DNA from: a virus
Lineage: Duplodnaviria > Heunggongvirae > Uroviricota > Caudoviricetes
DNA length: 29,012 nt
Virus record (IMG/VR): IMGVR_UViG_2879731240_000003
Reading direction: 5' to 3' (one strand)
Shown: piece after piece, positions 1 to 8,886 of the stretch
Layout: each line of letters begins with the position of its first letter
How positions within the stretch are numbered: the first letter of the stretch is position 1
Program-made: the position numbers and the translations under genes
Notes under the pieces: generated by a model
Databases searched by the model: none
What the model was told of the DNA's origin: nothing
The model's input: the letters and a program-made list of their open reading frames with translations, nothing else

Positions 1-237
<237 letters not shown>

Positions 238-846
238 TGAACCGGTAACTCACGATGAGAAACCCAACAATCCCACCGGGTGTGACGGTGGAGAACCTGA
301 GCGGCAGTGACCTGCGGCATGCCCGCAGGGTGATGTAACCCGCTGACAACGGGGATTGAGGCGAGATCACTAAGCCGAGATGATCCTCAAGGTTAAGTAC
401 TGAAAGGCTGAAGAACATGAACCCGTTAATCCGCCTCTGTGGGTTGAAAACGTCACCACGGCCTACGTGATCTGACAGGCCGTGCAGGAGGAACTGGCAG
501 TGATACGTAAGCACTGCCGGTCGAAGGTGTTTTGACATGTATGCGAAACACCGGGGCAGCAGCGTCTATCACACTTGCGTTGCTGACTTCTGCCAACTTG
601 CGGCAAGCAAGGATAAAGAGTGCGACGGGCAGCCTCCTCAGTATGCCTGAGTCCAGGCAGGTAAACCGGGGAAGGTCAGCGACGGATGTTAAGGGGGCAT
701 GGCTCCGATGACGCGCTGGCTGGCGGAGCTTCCGTAGTAGTCCGCGATGGGGAAAGCCCATTACATGGCGAAGGGAAGCAGTTTGAATGTGTTTGCGACG
801 TGAATTAACTGACCTAACGAGGTGAAGACCTTTGATAATCAGCGAA

Positions 847-2355
847 ATGCAACGCAAGCTTGCCACATGGGCAGCCACCGATCCGTCCCTACGGATTCAA
901 CGGCTGCTGCGTCTGATAACACAACCAGAATGGCTGGCTGAAGCGGCGCGGATCACGCTTTCATCAAAGGGGGCCCATACCCCCGGCGTTGATGGCGTGA
1001 ACAAAACAATGCTACAGGCCAGACTGGCTGTTGAGCTGCAAATCCTCAGGGATGAATTACTCTCAGGCCACTACCAGCCCTTGCCCGCCAGACGGGTTTA
1101 CATCCCTAAAAGCAACGGCAAACTGCGACCACTGGGTATCCCCGCGTTGCGGGATCGTATTGTTCAGCGGGCCATGCTGATGGCGATGGAGCCGATATGG
1201 GAGAGTGATTTTCATACGCTCTCATATGGCTTCCGGCCTGAGCGCAGTGTCCACCACGCGATCCGCACGGTGAAATTACAGCTCACAGACTGTGGTGAAA
1301 CCCGGGGACGCTGGGTGATTGAAGGCGACCTGTCCAGTTACTTCGACACCGTACATCATCGACTGCTGATGAAGGCTGTACGCCGCAGGATCAGTGACGC
1401 ACGTTTCATGACTCTGCTGTGGAAAACCATCAAGGCGGGACATATCGATGTCGGTCTCTTTCGGGCGGCCAGTGAAGGTGTGCCACAGGGCGGTGTTATA
1501 TCGCCGCTATTATCGAACATCATGCTGAATGAGTTCGATCAATACCTGCATGAGCGCTACCTGAGCGGGAAAGCCAGAAAAGATCGGTGGTACTGGAATA
1601 ACAGTATCCAACGGGGCCGAAGTACGGCGGTCAGAGAAAACTGGCAGTGGAAACCCGCGGTGGCGTACTGCCGCTATGCCGATGATTTTGTCCTCATCGT
1701 CAAAGGCACCAAAGCACAGGCGGAAGCCATCAGGGAGGAGTGTCGGGGTGTGCTCGAAGGCAGTCTGAAACTCAGGCTGAACATGGATAAGACTAAAATC
1801 ACCCATGTTAATGACGGCTTTATCTTTCTGGGGCACAGGATCATTCGCAAACGCAGTCGTTATGGCGAGATGCGAGTGGTCTCAACGATCCCGCAGGAGA
1901 AAGCCAGAAACTTCGCCGCATCGCTGACAGCACTGTTATCAGGCAACTACAGTGAAAGCAAAGTCGATATGGCTGAACAACTCAACCGAAAACTGAAAGG
2001 CTGGGCCATGTTCTATCAGTTCGTTGATTTTAAGGCCAAAGTCTTCAGTTATATCGACCGTGTCGTGTTCTGGAAGCTGGCTCACTGGCTGGCCCGCAAA
2101 TACCGTACAGGTATCGCTTCCCTGATGAGGTGGTGGTGTAAATCACCGAAACCGGGTCAGAGCAAAACGTGGGTTTTATTTGGTAAAACCAATCACGGCA
2201 AGCTCAGCGGCGAAATACTGTACCGGTTGGTGGGGCAAGGCAAGAAGCTGTTCCGCTGGCGGCTACCCGAAGGTAATCCCTATCTGAGGACGGAGACCAG
2301 AAACACGTATACATCGCGCTTTACAGAAGTGGCAATGGCGTTCGCCAGCATTTAA
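847..2355 (+). CDS. Group II intron-encoded protein (reverse transcriptase / maturase); no obvious C-terminal endonuclease domain
   Basis: RT motifs including PLGIP..DRIVQ, PQGGVISPLLSNIMLNEFD and YCRYADDFVLIV (YADD); maturase/X-like region after the RT. ORF track starts at TTG 832; first ATG is 847. Confidence 0.9.
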   Translation: MQRKLATWAATDPSLRIQRLLRLITQPEWLAEAARITLSSKGAHTPGVDGVNKTMLQARLAVELQILRDELLSGHYQPLPARRVYIPKSNGKLRPLGIPALRDRIVQRAMLMAMEPIWESDFHTLSYGFRPERSVHHAIRTVKLQLTDCGETRGRWVIEGDLSSYFDTVHHRLLMKAVRRRISDARFMTLLWKTIKAGHIDVGLFRAASEGVPQGGVISPLLSNIMLNEFDQYLHERYLSGKARKDRWYWNNSIQRGRSTAVRENWQWKPAVAYCRYADDFVLIVKGTKAQAEAIREECRGVLEGSLKLRLNMDKTKITHVNDGFIFLGHRIIRKRSRYGEMRVVSTIPQEKARNFAASLTALLSGNYSESKVDMAEQLNRKLKGWAMFYQFVDFKAKVFSYIDRVVFWKLAHWLARKYRTGIASLMRWWCKSPKPGQSKTWVLFGKTNHGKLSGEILYRLVGQGKKLFRWRLPEGNPYLRTETRNTYTSRFTEVAMAFASI

Positions 2356-2360
2356 ATGGA

Positions 2361-2394
2361 GAGCCGGATGCGCTGAAAGGTGCACGTCCGGTTC
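2361..2394 (+). ncRNA. Group II intron domain V (catalytic hairpin)
   Basis: 34-nt hairpin beginning GAGC (AGC triad) with GAAA-type loop, about 50 nt before the intron 3' end; seen directly in the sequence. Confidence 0.75.
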
Positions 2395-2417
2395 GGGGAG
2401 GAGAGGCAGGGAAATAG

Positions 2418-2924
<507 letters not shown>

Positions 2925-2932
2925 CCACTTCA

Positions 2933-3096
2933 GAAGGCTTTGGATTACCGTCTGGTGATACGTGAATATACTCTCTTCCAACCATCCAGCATTCTTTCCG
3001 GGTCCGAAGAATTGTGCCTGGTTTGAGCCCGGTAATTGCGATTAGAACGCTTTCACAAACCCATTCATTGGGAGCCAGTTGAATCACATTGCCCAT
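2933..3096 (-). pseudogene. Hypothetical small gene whose 3' end is cut by the IS911-like insertion
   Basis: Minus-strand ORF MGNVIQLAPNEWVCESV..HVSPDGNPKPS preceded by a GAGGT ribosome-binding site; the frame runs into the IS right end at 2932 and only terminates inside IS sequence. Confidence 0.35.
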
Positions 3097-3104
3097 GCAT
3101 TACC

Positions 3105-3251
3105 TCACACAACACTCAGCCCACGGCAGTGGCACCAGACCTCAAACATTCGTTTCACAATTTCACGACAGTAGAAACCGTCAACATCTCGCGTCAGGTC
3201 GTAGTGGTTGCCGTAACGCTGGTGGACCCATAGCTCAAACGCTTTATTCAT
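3105..3251 (-). CDS. Small Cys/His-containing protein (48 aa), possible zinc-binding prophage protein
   Basis: My own translation (below the ORF-track size cutoff): MNKAFELWVHQRYGNHYDLTRDVDGFYCREIVKRMFEVWCHCRGLSVV, preceded by AGGAAG ribosome-binding site; four Cys/His in the C-terminal half. Confidence 0.4.
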   Translation of the reverse strand: MNKAFELWVHQRYGNHYDLTRDVDGFYCREIVKRMFEVWCHCRGLSVV

Positions 3252-3254
3252 TTT

Positions 3255-3497
3255 TTACTTCCTTTGCATTGCGCGTAATTTCTTCAGGTGCTTTTCTTGT
3301 TCTGTTTCAGCCAGAATCTTGTGATATTCCAGGTGGTCAATATGCTCGAACAGGCTACTGAATTCACCGATGCGTACTCGCCCGGTACGTCCGTCCATCC
3401 TCCGAAAGAACACTGAGTGCTCAGTACTGCGAGTAATTTCTACTGGGTATCCGGCTCTGTCTGTGTATATCTGCCCGCGTTGAATCAAAGCGAACAT
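3255..3497 (-). CDS. Hypothetical prophage protein (about 80 aa; alternative upstream start gives 92 aa)
   Basis: ORF track 3255..3533(-); internal ATG at 3497 gives MFALIQRGQIYTDRAGYPVEI..KHLKKLRAMQRK. No family recognised. Confidence 0.4.
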   Translation of the reverse strand: MFALIQRGQIYTDRAGYPVEITRSTEHSVFFRRMDGRTGRVRIGEFSSLFEHIDHLEYHKILAETEQEKHLKKLRAMQRK

Positions 3498-3501
3498 GTG
3501 G

Positions 3502-3585
3502 TTATCCCCATCGACAAATCGAGTACACAACAAACGCTACTGCGAATACCATCCCCAGAGTTACGATTGCATCAGGCCAGCTCAT
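3502..3585 (-). CDS. Very small hydrophobic peptide (27 aa), possible membrane peptide
   Basis: My own translation: MSWPDAIVTLGMVFAVAFVVYSICRWG with strong upstream CAGGAGG ribosome-binding site; sits between the clamp-like gene and the 80-aa ORF. Confidence 0.25.
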   Translation of the reverse strand: MSWPDAIVTLGMVFAVAFVVYSICRWG

Positions 3586-3620
3586 TGATTCACCTCCTGC
3601 GGCGTCCTGGTATTCGATTT

Positions 3621-4190
3621 TCATTCCGGATGCTCCTGAGCCACGTTGAAATCGCCATGATCACGACAAGGCATCACAACAAATTCAGGATTGCCATACA
3701 TTGAGTTGATGATGGAATCAAACTGAATTCTGACCGCTTGCCCGTCACCGGAGGGACGTAACTGGACGGGAATAAATTTACGCTCACGACCAAACATCTT
3801 CTCTGGATAACTCAGGTAACCCGCCTGGAGCACCGGGTGAGTACAGCGGTCAAACTTTTTCGGAATGATGCGATCCAAATCCGGAAAACAACCGTCCACC
3901 AGTTTAATGCCGGTAATGGACAGTCGTCGCTGAAACTGGTCGCGATGAACAGCGATCGGCTCTTTACTAAAAATCAGCTCTGTCGTTTCGGCTTTGGCCG
4001 GGACGCCCCCTTCGAACTGGACAATGATGTTTTTCTTCGTCCGGATGCCGTGAGCCATGCGCAGTGCCACGGAACCATTGGTTGCCTCAATATGTTTCGG
4101 CGTGATGTGAAGACCGTTCAGGTAATAACGAACGTCGTTTTTAGCAGCGCACACCAGAGCGGCGCGAATAAGTTTTGACTGGATGATCAT
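3621..4190 (-). CDS. Truncated beta sliding clamp (DnaN)-like protein, 189 aa
   Basis: Motifs NDVRYYLNGLHI and KLVDGCFPDLDRIIPK resemble E. coli DnaN QDVRYYLNGMLF and KLVDGRFPDYRRVLPK; C-terminus ..EFVVMPCRD resembles DnaN ..AYVVMPMRL (remembered sequence). About half the length of a real clamp. Start ATG overlaps the upstream stop (ATGA). Confidence 0.6.
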   Translation of the reverse strand: MIIQSKLIRAALVCAAKNDVRYYLNGLHITPKHIEATNGSVALRMAHGIRTKKNIIVQFEGGVPAKAETTELIFSKEPIAVHRDQFQRRLSITGIKLVDGCFPDLDRIIPKKFDRCTHPVLQAGYLSYPEKMFGRERKFIPVQLRPSGDGQAVRIQFDSIINSMYGNPEFVVMPCRDHGDFNVAQEHPE

Positions 4191-4936
4191 GCTTTATCCT
4201 CCCATCCGATCACCTGGAAAAGCCCCATCTTCGGGTGATACCAGCGTGTGCCGCGTGGGTCAGCCTCTGACATCATTTGGTGGAACGCCGCCATAAATGG
4301 CTCAAGCTCGACGATAGCCCTGCGAGACAACAGACCGTCCGGAGTCATGAATTCGTGGGTGTCTGTAGGAATTTGATATGCGTTCACCAGATTCCGACAC
4401 TTGGTGTCACTCATTCCACTTTTGGCTACCACCTGGCGGTAACCGACATATCCGGCGCGCATATTTCCGCGTTTGATGGTTTCCACCGCTTCTGTGACTG
4501 TTTCGAGCTGTTCTTCCACATGATTCAGGCGCTTCTGTTGACGAACAGCGTCGGCGGCTATCGCAGCGATCATCTCGATTTCCGTTAGCGGTGTGCGAGT
4601 GCGGAAGTAGCTGTTAACCAGTTCGCGCTGAACCTGCCAGGCAAGGGCGTCATTGAATGGCTTCGTCAACATCAGGTAACCTGATTCAAAAAGTACAATC
4701 CCCGATGGTGCAAATTTAGAGAATGTTCCTTCCGGGAGGTCCGTACGTATTACGTCCGCACCTAATTCGGCATAATCCACACCGCTGATGAAATGCTCAC
4801 GGTTTCGGTTGAATGCTGCACGCGCGGTTCCTTCCGGTCGCTGGTGGACTTCATCAATCATCGCCAGCGTCACAACACGCTGACCGCGATATTCGATTAC
4901 CGGAAACTGTTTGTTGTTGATGGTTACAGTATTCAT
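4187..4936 (-). CDS. Phage antirepressor-like protein (Bro-N/ORF6N/KilA-N-type N-terminal domain, uncharacterised C-terminal domain)
   Basis: Likely start MNTVTINNKQFPVIEYRGQRVVTLAMIDEV.. at 4936 with GGAG ribosome-binding site; the N-terminal pattern resembles ORF6N/Bro-N antirepressor domains (from memory, moderate). Confidence 0.5.
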   Translation of the reverse strand: MNTVTINNKQFPVIEYRGQRVVTLAMIDEVHQRPEGTARAAFNRNREHFISGVDYAELGADVIRTDLPEGTFSKFAPSGIVLFESGYLMLTKPFNDALAWQVQRELVNSYFRTRTPLTEIEMIAAIAADAVRQQKRLNHVEEQLETVTEAVETIKRGNMRAGYVGYRQVVAKSGMSDTKCRNLVNAYQIPTDTHEFMTPDGLLSRRAIVELEPFMAAFHQMMSEADPRGTRWYHPKMGLFQVIGWEDKA

Positions 4937-4979
4937 TTTTATCTCCAGACAGCCCGGCGTGTAATACCGGGCATATGTA

Positions 4980-5807
4980 TTACTTAACCTGAATAAATGG
5001 TGTGTTGGCACCGCTGGTCATGTATTGCGGCAGTGTACCGTTCCACTTGTTGATGGCTTCCAGCTCCATAACGTTTGGGTTCTGGCGCAGAGCTTCACCG
5101 CGTAAACGAATAGCATCGGCTTCGGCCTGGGCTTTTGTGCGAATCGCATCTGCCTGTCCGGCAGCTTCCGCGCGCAACATGTTGGCTTCCGCTTCGCGCT
5201 GTTTTACTTCCTGCTCGCATTGCAGGGTTTTCTGGTTCGCCGTGACTTTGGCATTAATGCTGTCGATAACAGTAGGCGGGTACTCCGGCTTACCCACATA
5301 TGAGAGGCTCATTACCTGAATACCGATGGGCGTCATTTCTTCCTGAATGTCTTTAAGAGCTGCATCCAGCAGCTCAGACTTGCCGCCGTCGATAAATTTG
5401 TCGGTGGTCATTTTGCTGGCCAGTCGGTTGAGTGCGTCGGCTATCTTCTGGCGCAGGTCGGTGTCGGTAATGTCGTCCACGCCTTTGCGGTAGGTCTGAA
5501 AGACTGTGGTAACTTTGGATGGATCAACTTTGTAGGCCACGCCGATGTGATAGCCGATGGTTGTACCGTCACTCATCTGGAAGCTGAATGGCTCATCGTA
5601 GGTCTTCATTTGTTTGAAGGTCGGGAAGATGTAAACCTCAGTGTTCCATCCCGTCCAGTAGCGCCCAACACCGACCACTTCTCCGACGCCTTTATCGTCG
5701 CCCAGTTTGTTTACCTTGATGCCAACATTACCAGGCTCAACGCGATCGCAACCGACAAGTCCGGTGGTCAGCAGAACAAGGGCTAAAGCAGGAATAACTT
5801 TTTTCAT
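4980..5807 (-). CDS. SPFH/band-7 (prohibitin/HflC-like) domain lipoprotein
   Basis: N-terminal signal with lipobox (MKKVIPALALVLLTTGLVGC); SPFH core (..IGIQVMSLSYVGKPEYP..) followed by Ala/Glu-rich coiled region (QREAEANMLRAEAAGQADAIRTKAQAEADAIRLRGEA) typical of HflK/C and YqiK-like proteins. Confidence 0.8.
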   Translation of the reverse strand: MKKVIPALALVLLTTGLVGCDRVEPGNVGIKVNKLGDDKGVGEVVGVGRYWTGWNTEVYIFPTFKQMKTYDEPFSFQMSDGTTIGYHIGVAYKVDPSKVTTVFQTYRKGVDDITDTDLRQKIADALNRLASKMTTDKFIDGGKSELLDAALKDIQEEMTPIGIQVMSLSYVGKPEYPPTVIDSINAKVTANQKTLQCEQEVKQREAEANMLRAEAAGQADAIRTKAQAEADAIRLRGEALRQNPNVMELEAINKWNGTLPQYMTSGANTPFIQVK

Positions 5808-5992
5808 CTTTTATCCTTAGAAAAAGAAAGACCCTTATAAATGGCATAAATGCAGGGCGGGGTCAGACACGCCAGAGCAAAGCCAGAAATCACTGCTACC
5901 GTATCCTTCATTGATATGAGGGCCGGAACGATTAATCCGTAAATACATGCGATAATTGCCAGTGATATAACTATTCTGAAATAAATGTTCAT
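5804..5992 (-). CDS. Small two-helix membrane protein, translationally coupled to the SPFH gene
   Basis: MNIYFRIVISLAIIACIYGLIVPALISMKDTVAVISGFALACLTPPCIYAIYKG..; strong CAGGAGGA ribosome-binding site; 4-nt overlap with the SPFH start. Confidence 0.5.
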   Translation of the reverse strand: MNIYFRIVISLAIIACIYGLIVPALISMKDTVAVISGFALACLTPPCIYAIYKGLSFSKDKR

Positions 5993-6304
5993 GGTCCTCC
6001 TGATGTATTCGGCTTGCCTTATTTAATTGCGTCATGGTTAATTTCGTTTACGTCAGAATGGTTTTGTTGCCATCAGTTCGTAATATCCGGCGCTCCATGT
6101 GTCATATTTTCTGAACCATTTTTCTGTATACTGTTTCCTGGCGATGAGTCTGCGCAGTCGTCTGATTGTTCGCTGGTGTGCGCGGGTATACTCTGTGGTT
6201 GATTCTCCACGTTTCCATATCTCATTCCCGTTGAAGATAAAACGCTTGTCAGGATGGCGTTGTGAGGTGTACTGGCAATAGCGGACACTACCATTTGTTC
6301 TTTT

Positions 6305-7123
6305 TTAAGCAGCCATCTGATGATATTTTTCCCTGAAGGCTGCCGGGGAGATATTCCCCAGACGAGAGTGACGACGCTGACGATTGTAGAAAATCTCAAT
6401 GTATTCCCGTATTACTGAGATGGCTTCATCCCGGTTATTAAAACGATAGTGGCTCAGGCTCTCATTTTTCAGCGTTCCCCAGAAGCTTTCCATCGGAGCG
6501 TTGTCGTAACAGTTACCTTTACGCGACATTGATGTTTTCAGACCAGACTGCTCCTGTATGACCCGGTAATCGTATGCGCAGTACTGTGAACCTCGATCAG
6601 AGTGGTGGATTAGCCCGGCAGGTGGGCGCTGGCTCCTGAGCGCCATAAACAGGGCTTTACCTGTCAGCTCTTTTGTCATGCGCTCTCCCATGGCGTAGCC
6701 GACAATTTCACACGTATAAACATCTTTGATGCCAGCGAGGTACAACCATCCCTCCTGTGTGGCAACATACGTCAGGTCCGCCACCCAGACCTGATTTGGT
6801 GCTGTAGGAGCGAACGTCTGGTTCAGCAGATTTGGCGCAACTGGCAGATTGTGGTTCGGGTTCGTAGTCGCTCTGAACTTGCGTTTCTGCTTACAGCGTA
6901 GCCTCAGCTCCTTACGAAGACGTGCCAGTCGGTCACGACCAACGATGATGCCATTCTCTGCCAGCTCCGTCTGGAGCCGCCGGGTTCCATATGTTTCGCG
7001 AGTGCGGATATGTGCCACCTTAATCTCCAGTTTTAGCCGCTCATCACTTTGTTTTCTGTCTGAGGGTTCATGCTGTACCCAGTTGTAATAACCGCTCCTG
7101 GATACACCAAATACCTGACACAT
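6305..7123 (-). CDS. IS600-like transposase OrfB (integrase core); made as an OrfAB fusion by -1 frameshift, so the true N-terminus lies upstream
   Basis: ..NQVWVADLTYVATQEGWLYLAGIKDVYT..HHSDRGSQYCAYDY..KGNCYDNAPMESFWGTLKNE.. (IS3-family DDE signature). Confidence 0.85.
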   Translation of the reverse strand: MCQVFGVSRSGYYNWVQHEPSDRKQSDERLKLEIKVAHIRTRETYGTRRLQTELAENGIIVGRDRLARLRKELRLRCKQKRKFRATTNPNHNLPVAPNLLNQTFAPTAPNQVWVADLTYVATQEGWLYLAGIKDVYTCEIVGYAMGERMTKELTGKALFMALRSQRPPAGLIHHSDRGSQYCAYDYRVIQEQSGLKTSMSRKGNCYDNAPMESFWGTLKNESLSHYRFNNRDEAISVIREYIEIFYNRQRRHSRLGNISPAAFREKYHQMAA

Positions 7124-7158
7124 CGCTTCAATGGGAAATTGTTGTCGCCATTGTTCGA

Positions 7159-7461
7159 TTAACGCGTATTTTTCAGCGACTCCTGTGCAAAATACGCTGT
7201 TGCTTTTTTTAATATATCTCGCTCAAGGCGAGCTTCATTTAACGCCTTACGCAGTTGCAGAATTTCAGATTCCAGTTCAGCCACCGTGCGGGAACCAGGA
7301 GTACCGAGCCCTTTTCTGGCGGCGGTAACCCATTGTCCTAAAGTGCCTTCAGGAAGAGATAATCGGGAAGCGCCTTCACTGATCGAAAGTTGATTTTCAA
7401 GAACCGTTCTGACAGCTTCGGCTTTGAACTCTTTAGAGTAACGTTGGGTTTTTCTGCTCAT
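7159..7461 (-). CDS. IS600-like transposase OrfA (helix-turn-helix / leucine zipper)
   Basis: MSRKTQRYSKEFKAEAVRTVLENQLSISEGASRLSLPEGTLGQWV..LESEILQLRKALNEARLERDILKKATAYFA; slippery AAAAAAG near its 3' end. Confidence 0.85.
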   Translation of the reverse strand: MSRKTQRYSKEFKAEAVRTVLENQLSISEGASRLSLPEGTLGQWVTAARKGLGTPGSRTVAELESEILQLRKALNEARLERDILKKATAYFAQESLKNTR

Positions 7462-7527
7462 TATTAGCTCCTTCTGATGCCATTCTATTTCAGGAAGGAG
7501 TGTCCGTTAAACTCAGGCTACCTCAAT

Positions 7528-7665
7528 ATGGTACCCGCGCTTCGGGAACTGATGCAGGCGAAGCATCGCGCACAGAAAGCAGTAGATGAGCTGGTGGACT
7601 GTGTGGCAGAGCTGGAAACCAGAGTCGGAAAGTTTGAAAAGCTGGTGCAGGAGGTGCTGCGCTGA
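7528..7665 (+). CDS. Small nin-region ORF (45 aa from the first ATG); possibly 5'-truncated by the IS600-like insertion
   Basis: MVPALRELMQAKHRAQKAVDELVDCVAELETRVGKFEKLVQEVLR; stop overlaps the rusA start (TGATG); the reading frame is open back into the IS end. Confidence 0.3.
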   Translation: MVPALRELMQAKHRAQKAVDELVDCVAELETRVGKFEKLVQEVLR

Positions 7666-8024
7666 TGCGCCATGAGTTTATTTTACCTTATCCGCCGACG
7701 GTGAATACTTACTGGCGACGTCGTGGCAGCACATATTTTGTATCAAAAGCCGGTGAGCGTTATCGCCGGGATGTGGCGCTTATTGTCCGTCAGCAGCGAC
7801 TGAAATTAAGCCTGTCCGGAAGACTGGCGATAAAGATTATTGCAGAGCCACCGGATAAGCGGCGTCGTGACCTGGACAATATCCTGAAAGCACCACTGGA
7901 TGCACTGACACATGCGGGGTTGCTTATCGACGACGAGCAGTTTGATGAAACCAATATTGTGCGCGGACTGCCTGTTCCTGGTGGTCGGTTGGGGATAAAA
8001 ATCACAGAGCTGGAGTGTGCATGA
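7665..8024 (+). CDS. rusA: Holliday junction resolvase RusA (lambdoid nin-region endonuclease)
   Basis: 119 aa; LPYPPTVNTYWRRRG..KRRRDLDNILKAPLDALTHAGLLIDDEQ..GGRLGIKITEL matches the RusA family pattern. Confidence 0.9.
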   Translation: MRHEFILPYPPTVNTYWRRRGSTYFVSKAGERYRRDVALIVRQQRLKLSLSGRLAIKIIAEPPDKRRRDLDNILKAPLDALTHAGLLIDDEQFDETNIVRGLPVPGGRLGIKITELECA

Positions 8025-8710
8025 ATAACCAGTATTTACAGTTTGTTCGTGAGCAGCTCATTATCGCCACCGCTGATTTGAGTGGGGCGACAAAAGGTCA
8101 GCTTGAAGCCTGGCAGGAGAATGCCATGTTCGATACAGGGCGTTACAGGCGTAAAAAAATCCGGTACCGCGATGAGGTGACCGGAAAAATGATAACGCGG
8201 GATAATCCACCAATCCCGGGAAAACAATCACTGGCGAAGGGGGCGTCAATTCCTCTGGTCAGTCAGGTTGCGTTTTCGACATCATCGTGGCGGCGGGCTG
8301 TTCTGTCTCTTGAAGAGCACTATAAAGCCTGGTTGTTGTGGTGTTACAGCGGAAGTATTTGCTGGGAGTATCAGATCACCATAACCCACTGGGCGTGGGA
8401 AGAGTTTAAGGCTCATTCTGGCACTAGGAAAATTGCAGAGAAAACACAGGAACGCCTGAAAAAATTAATCTGGCTGGCGGCGCAGGCGGTAAAAGCAGAA
8501 CTTTTTGGTGGGGAAGGTTATGAATATCAGGAGCTGGCATTACTGGCGGGAGTAACAACCAAAAACTGGTCCAAAACATTTACTGGTCACTGGGTTGTAA
8601 TGAAACACATTTTTCACCGACTGGATAGTGAGGCTTTATTGTTTGTGATGAGAACACGTTCAGAACAAAAAGCGGCATTTTCAAAGCAAAGTATTGCAAA
8701 AGTAGATTAA
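8021..8710 (+). CDS. Hypothetical protein in the position of the late-gene antiterminator Q (assignment positional only)
   Basis: 229 aa from ATG 8021 (overlaps rusA stop, ATGA); sits between rusA and a terminator-like hairpin plus tRNA cluster, as Q does in lambdoid phages. I do not recognise the sequence itself. Confidence 0.35.
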   Translation: MNNQYLQFVREQLIIATADLSGATKGQLEAWQENAMFDTGRYRRKKIRYRDEVTGKMITRDNPPIPGKQSLAKGASIPLVSQVAFSTSSWRRAVLSLEEHYKAWLLWCYSGSICWEYQITITHWAWEEFKAHSGTRKIAEKTQERLKKLIWLAAQAVKAELFGGEGYEYQELALLAGVTTKNWSKTFTGHWVVMKHIFHRLDSEALLFVMRTRSEQKAAFSKQSIAKVD

Positions 8711-8776
8711 AAGGCATATATCTCATGCAAATCTGATACTTTGCCGATTTTGTACGCGATGGTAAAGTAAGCAAAA

Positions 8777-8798
8777 CCCGCCGCCGAGCGGTTTTTTT
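8777..8798 (+). terminator. Candidate intrinsic terminator downstream of the Q-position gene (tR'-like position)
   Basis: Short GC hairpin CCGCCGCCGAGCGG followed by T7 (..GCGGTTTTTTTAT). The stem is short, so this is tentative. Confidence 0.4.
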
Positions 8799-8886
8799 AT
8801 GCCTGAAAAATGGCACAGGACGTTAAACGTGCTGGTGGTCAGATGAGTTTGCAGATGTGATGACATATGGTTATTATTCTGCCTCC

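Larger units (their letters stand above)
6263..7525 (-). mobile_element. IS3-family insertion sequence, IS600-like, about 1.26 kb
   Basis: orfA + orfB pair with an A7G slippery run (+ strand TGCTTTTTTT at 7201..7210); imperfect terminal inverted repeats TGAGGTGTACTGGCAATAGCGGACACT (6263..) and AGTGTCCGTTAAACTCAGGCTACCTCA (..7525). IS600 assignment is from memory of OrfA and element length. Confidence 0.7.

Noticed and set aside
3036-3361. Plus-strand ORFs 3036..3233 and 3089..3361
   Set aside because: They overlap minus-strand ORFs that have good ribosome-binding sites and operon-consistent orientation; the plus-strand frames have no family signal.
3837-4588. Plus-strand ORFs 3837..4178 and 4277..4588
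   Set aside because: Antisense to the DnaN-like and antirepressor-like genes; no independent support.
6014-6399. ORFs 6014..6202(+), 6099..6281(+) and 6073..6399(-) in the region left of the IS600-like element
   Set aside because: They run across the IS boundary or lie in the promoter region of the SPFH operon; no ribosome-binding site or homology recognised. I tested whether they were the missing 5' part of the ORF at 7528 and found no continuity.
8735-8770. Possible sigma-70 promoter (TTGCCG -35, TAAAGT -10) just downstream of the Q-position gene, as a PR'-like late promoter
   Set aside because: Both hexamers are weak matches and the predicted start would lie only about 20 nt before the terminator-like hairpin, which does not fit a lambda-type PR'/qut arrangement; kept only as a note.
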